Assembly (NCBI GenBank): GCA_030265395.1 | Contig: JARFYF010000001.1 | Location: 96,092,722-96,155,131, forward strand | Length of the DNA stretch: 62,410 bases | Reading direction: 5' to 3' | From: Rhina ancylostomus | Taxonomy: Eukaryota | In this document: positions 61,380-62,410 of the stretch, piece after piece | How positions within the stretch are numbered: position 1 is the first letter of the stretch | Layout: each line of letters starts with the position of its first letter | Program-made: the position numbers and the translations under genes | The notes under the pieces: model-generated | What the model was told of the DNA's origin: nothing | What the model saw: the letters and a program-made list of their open reading frames with translations, nothing else | The model's database searches: none

Positions 61380-62050
61380 GTTTCTCCTCATATCAGTCCT
61401 AAATGTCTTACCCTGTGATCTGCACCATGATGTTGTTCTACACACCCAGACATTCTCTCTACATCAAGTCAGTCTAATGGAGACACAAGAGACTGCAGAT
61501 GCTGGACTCTGGAGCAACAAACAAATCTGCTGGAGGAACTCAGCAGGTAGAGCAGCAACAGCGTGAGTAAAGGAATTGTCAATGTTTTGGGTCGAAACCC
61601 TGTGGGAGAAGGCGGGGTGAGAGCAGAAGTACCAGAAACAGAGGAGATGCGAGATCGCGCTCCATCGACCACAGCAGAAGGGAAGCCGCACTTCCTGAAA
61701 TAGGTCATTTCAGTTGTCCTGGAACAGAAAGCCTCATCTTGTGAGCAGATGCAACAGAAACGGACAAACTGGGAGAAAGGAATGACATCCTTACAAAAGG
61801 CAAGGTGGGAAGAGGTGTAGTCTAAGTAGCTGTGGGAGTCAGGCAGGGTTTTGACCTGAACATTGACAATTCCTTTCCTCATACAGATGCTGCTCGGCCC
61901 AGTGAGTCTTCCAGCAGATTGGTTGTTGATCAACTCAGTCTAGCCTTATCAGGATTTCGCATCAAATATCCTCTCATTCTTCTAAACTGTAGTGAATACA
62001 GGCCTAGTCGATCCAATCTCTCCTCTTGCACCAACAGTCAGCCTCATGAA
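61380..62050 (-). mobile_element. CR1 ORF2 C-terminal fragment hosting a Penelope-derived insertion
   Basis: TTTCTCCTCATATCAGTCCTAAATG before and CCTCTCATTCTTCTAAACTGTAGTGAATACAGGCCTAGTCGATCCAATCTC after the insert. Confidence 0.75.
61477..61928 (-). mobile_element. Penelope mini-element: inverted pLTR arms around an internal RT-thumb coding fragment, 14-bp TSD
   Basis: ATCAAGTCAGTCTA (61463-61476) / ATCAACTCAGTCTA (61929-61942); arms about 61477-61605 and 61840-61928; internal minus-strand DSHSYLDYTSSHLAFCKDVIPFSQFVRFCCICSQDEAF...RKCGFPSAVVD is typical of PLE ORFs. Confidence 0.9.
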
Positions 62051-62290
62051 CCTTTGTTCTGCCATGGCAAATCTGCCAAGCACTGTGCCTTATTCTTTGA
62101 GCATAGTATGATTTAATTTCCTCTGCCTTTTCCCAGTTGGGCATGATAGTCCCTGCAAACTCCCAGGAACTCTTTGTCCTGCTCCTATTTCTCATCTCTG
62201 AGTTGCAGCTTAGAAACAGACCATTCAGCTCAACATTCCATACTGACCAGTTGCTCTCCACTGTCTATCTGTCCCTGTAACACCCAGGTC

Positions 62291-62410
62291 CATAGAACAA
62301 TAGAGCACGATATAGGCCCTTCGGCCCACCATGTTGTGCCGACCTTTAAACCACACCTAAGACTATCTAGCCCCTTCCTCCCACATATCCCCATTTTAAA
62401 TTCCTCCATG
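62291..62410 (-). mobile_element. CR1 3' terminus (runs off the window)
   Basis: CATAGAACAATAGAGCACGATATAGGCCCTTCGGCCCACCATGTTGTGCCG, same subfamily as 7617-7752. Confidence 0.9.

Overview
Eukaryotic, CpG-depleted, repeat-dense non-coding DNA. The repeat repertoire (HER1-like CR1 LINEs, V-SINEs of the HE1 type, DeuSINE/SacSINE1-like SINEs, L2, RTE, Penelope-like elements) points to a cartilaginous fish, probably a ray; this is recognised from memory of the families, not from a database search. I found no convincing host exon, rRNA, true tRNA or CRISPR array, and every protein-like ORF I could recognise is a decayed retroelement fragment, so the window is intronic or intergenic. It has 16 N-gaps, mostly of 10 or 100 N. 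The most interesting signal is a family of about 15 short (roughly 40-450 bp) insertions derived from Penelope-like elements. Many have their own 8-16 bp target-site duplications (TSDs), many fold back on themselves, and most start at a minimal hammerhead ribozyme motif. A decayed Penelope GIY-YIG segment lies just upstream of one copy. In addition, three non-L1 LINE copies (two RTE, one CR1-group) show twin-priming-type 5' inversions, and there are three solo-LTR-like elements and two near-perfect hairpins. Boundaries of old repeats are approximate (tens of bp).
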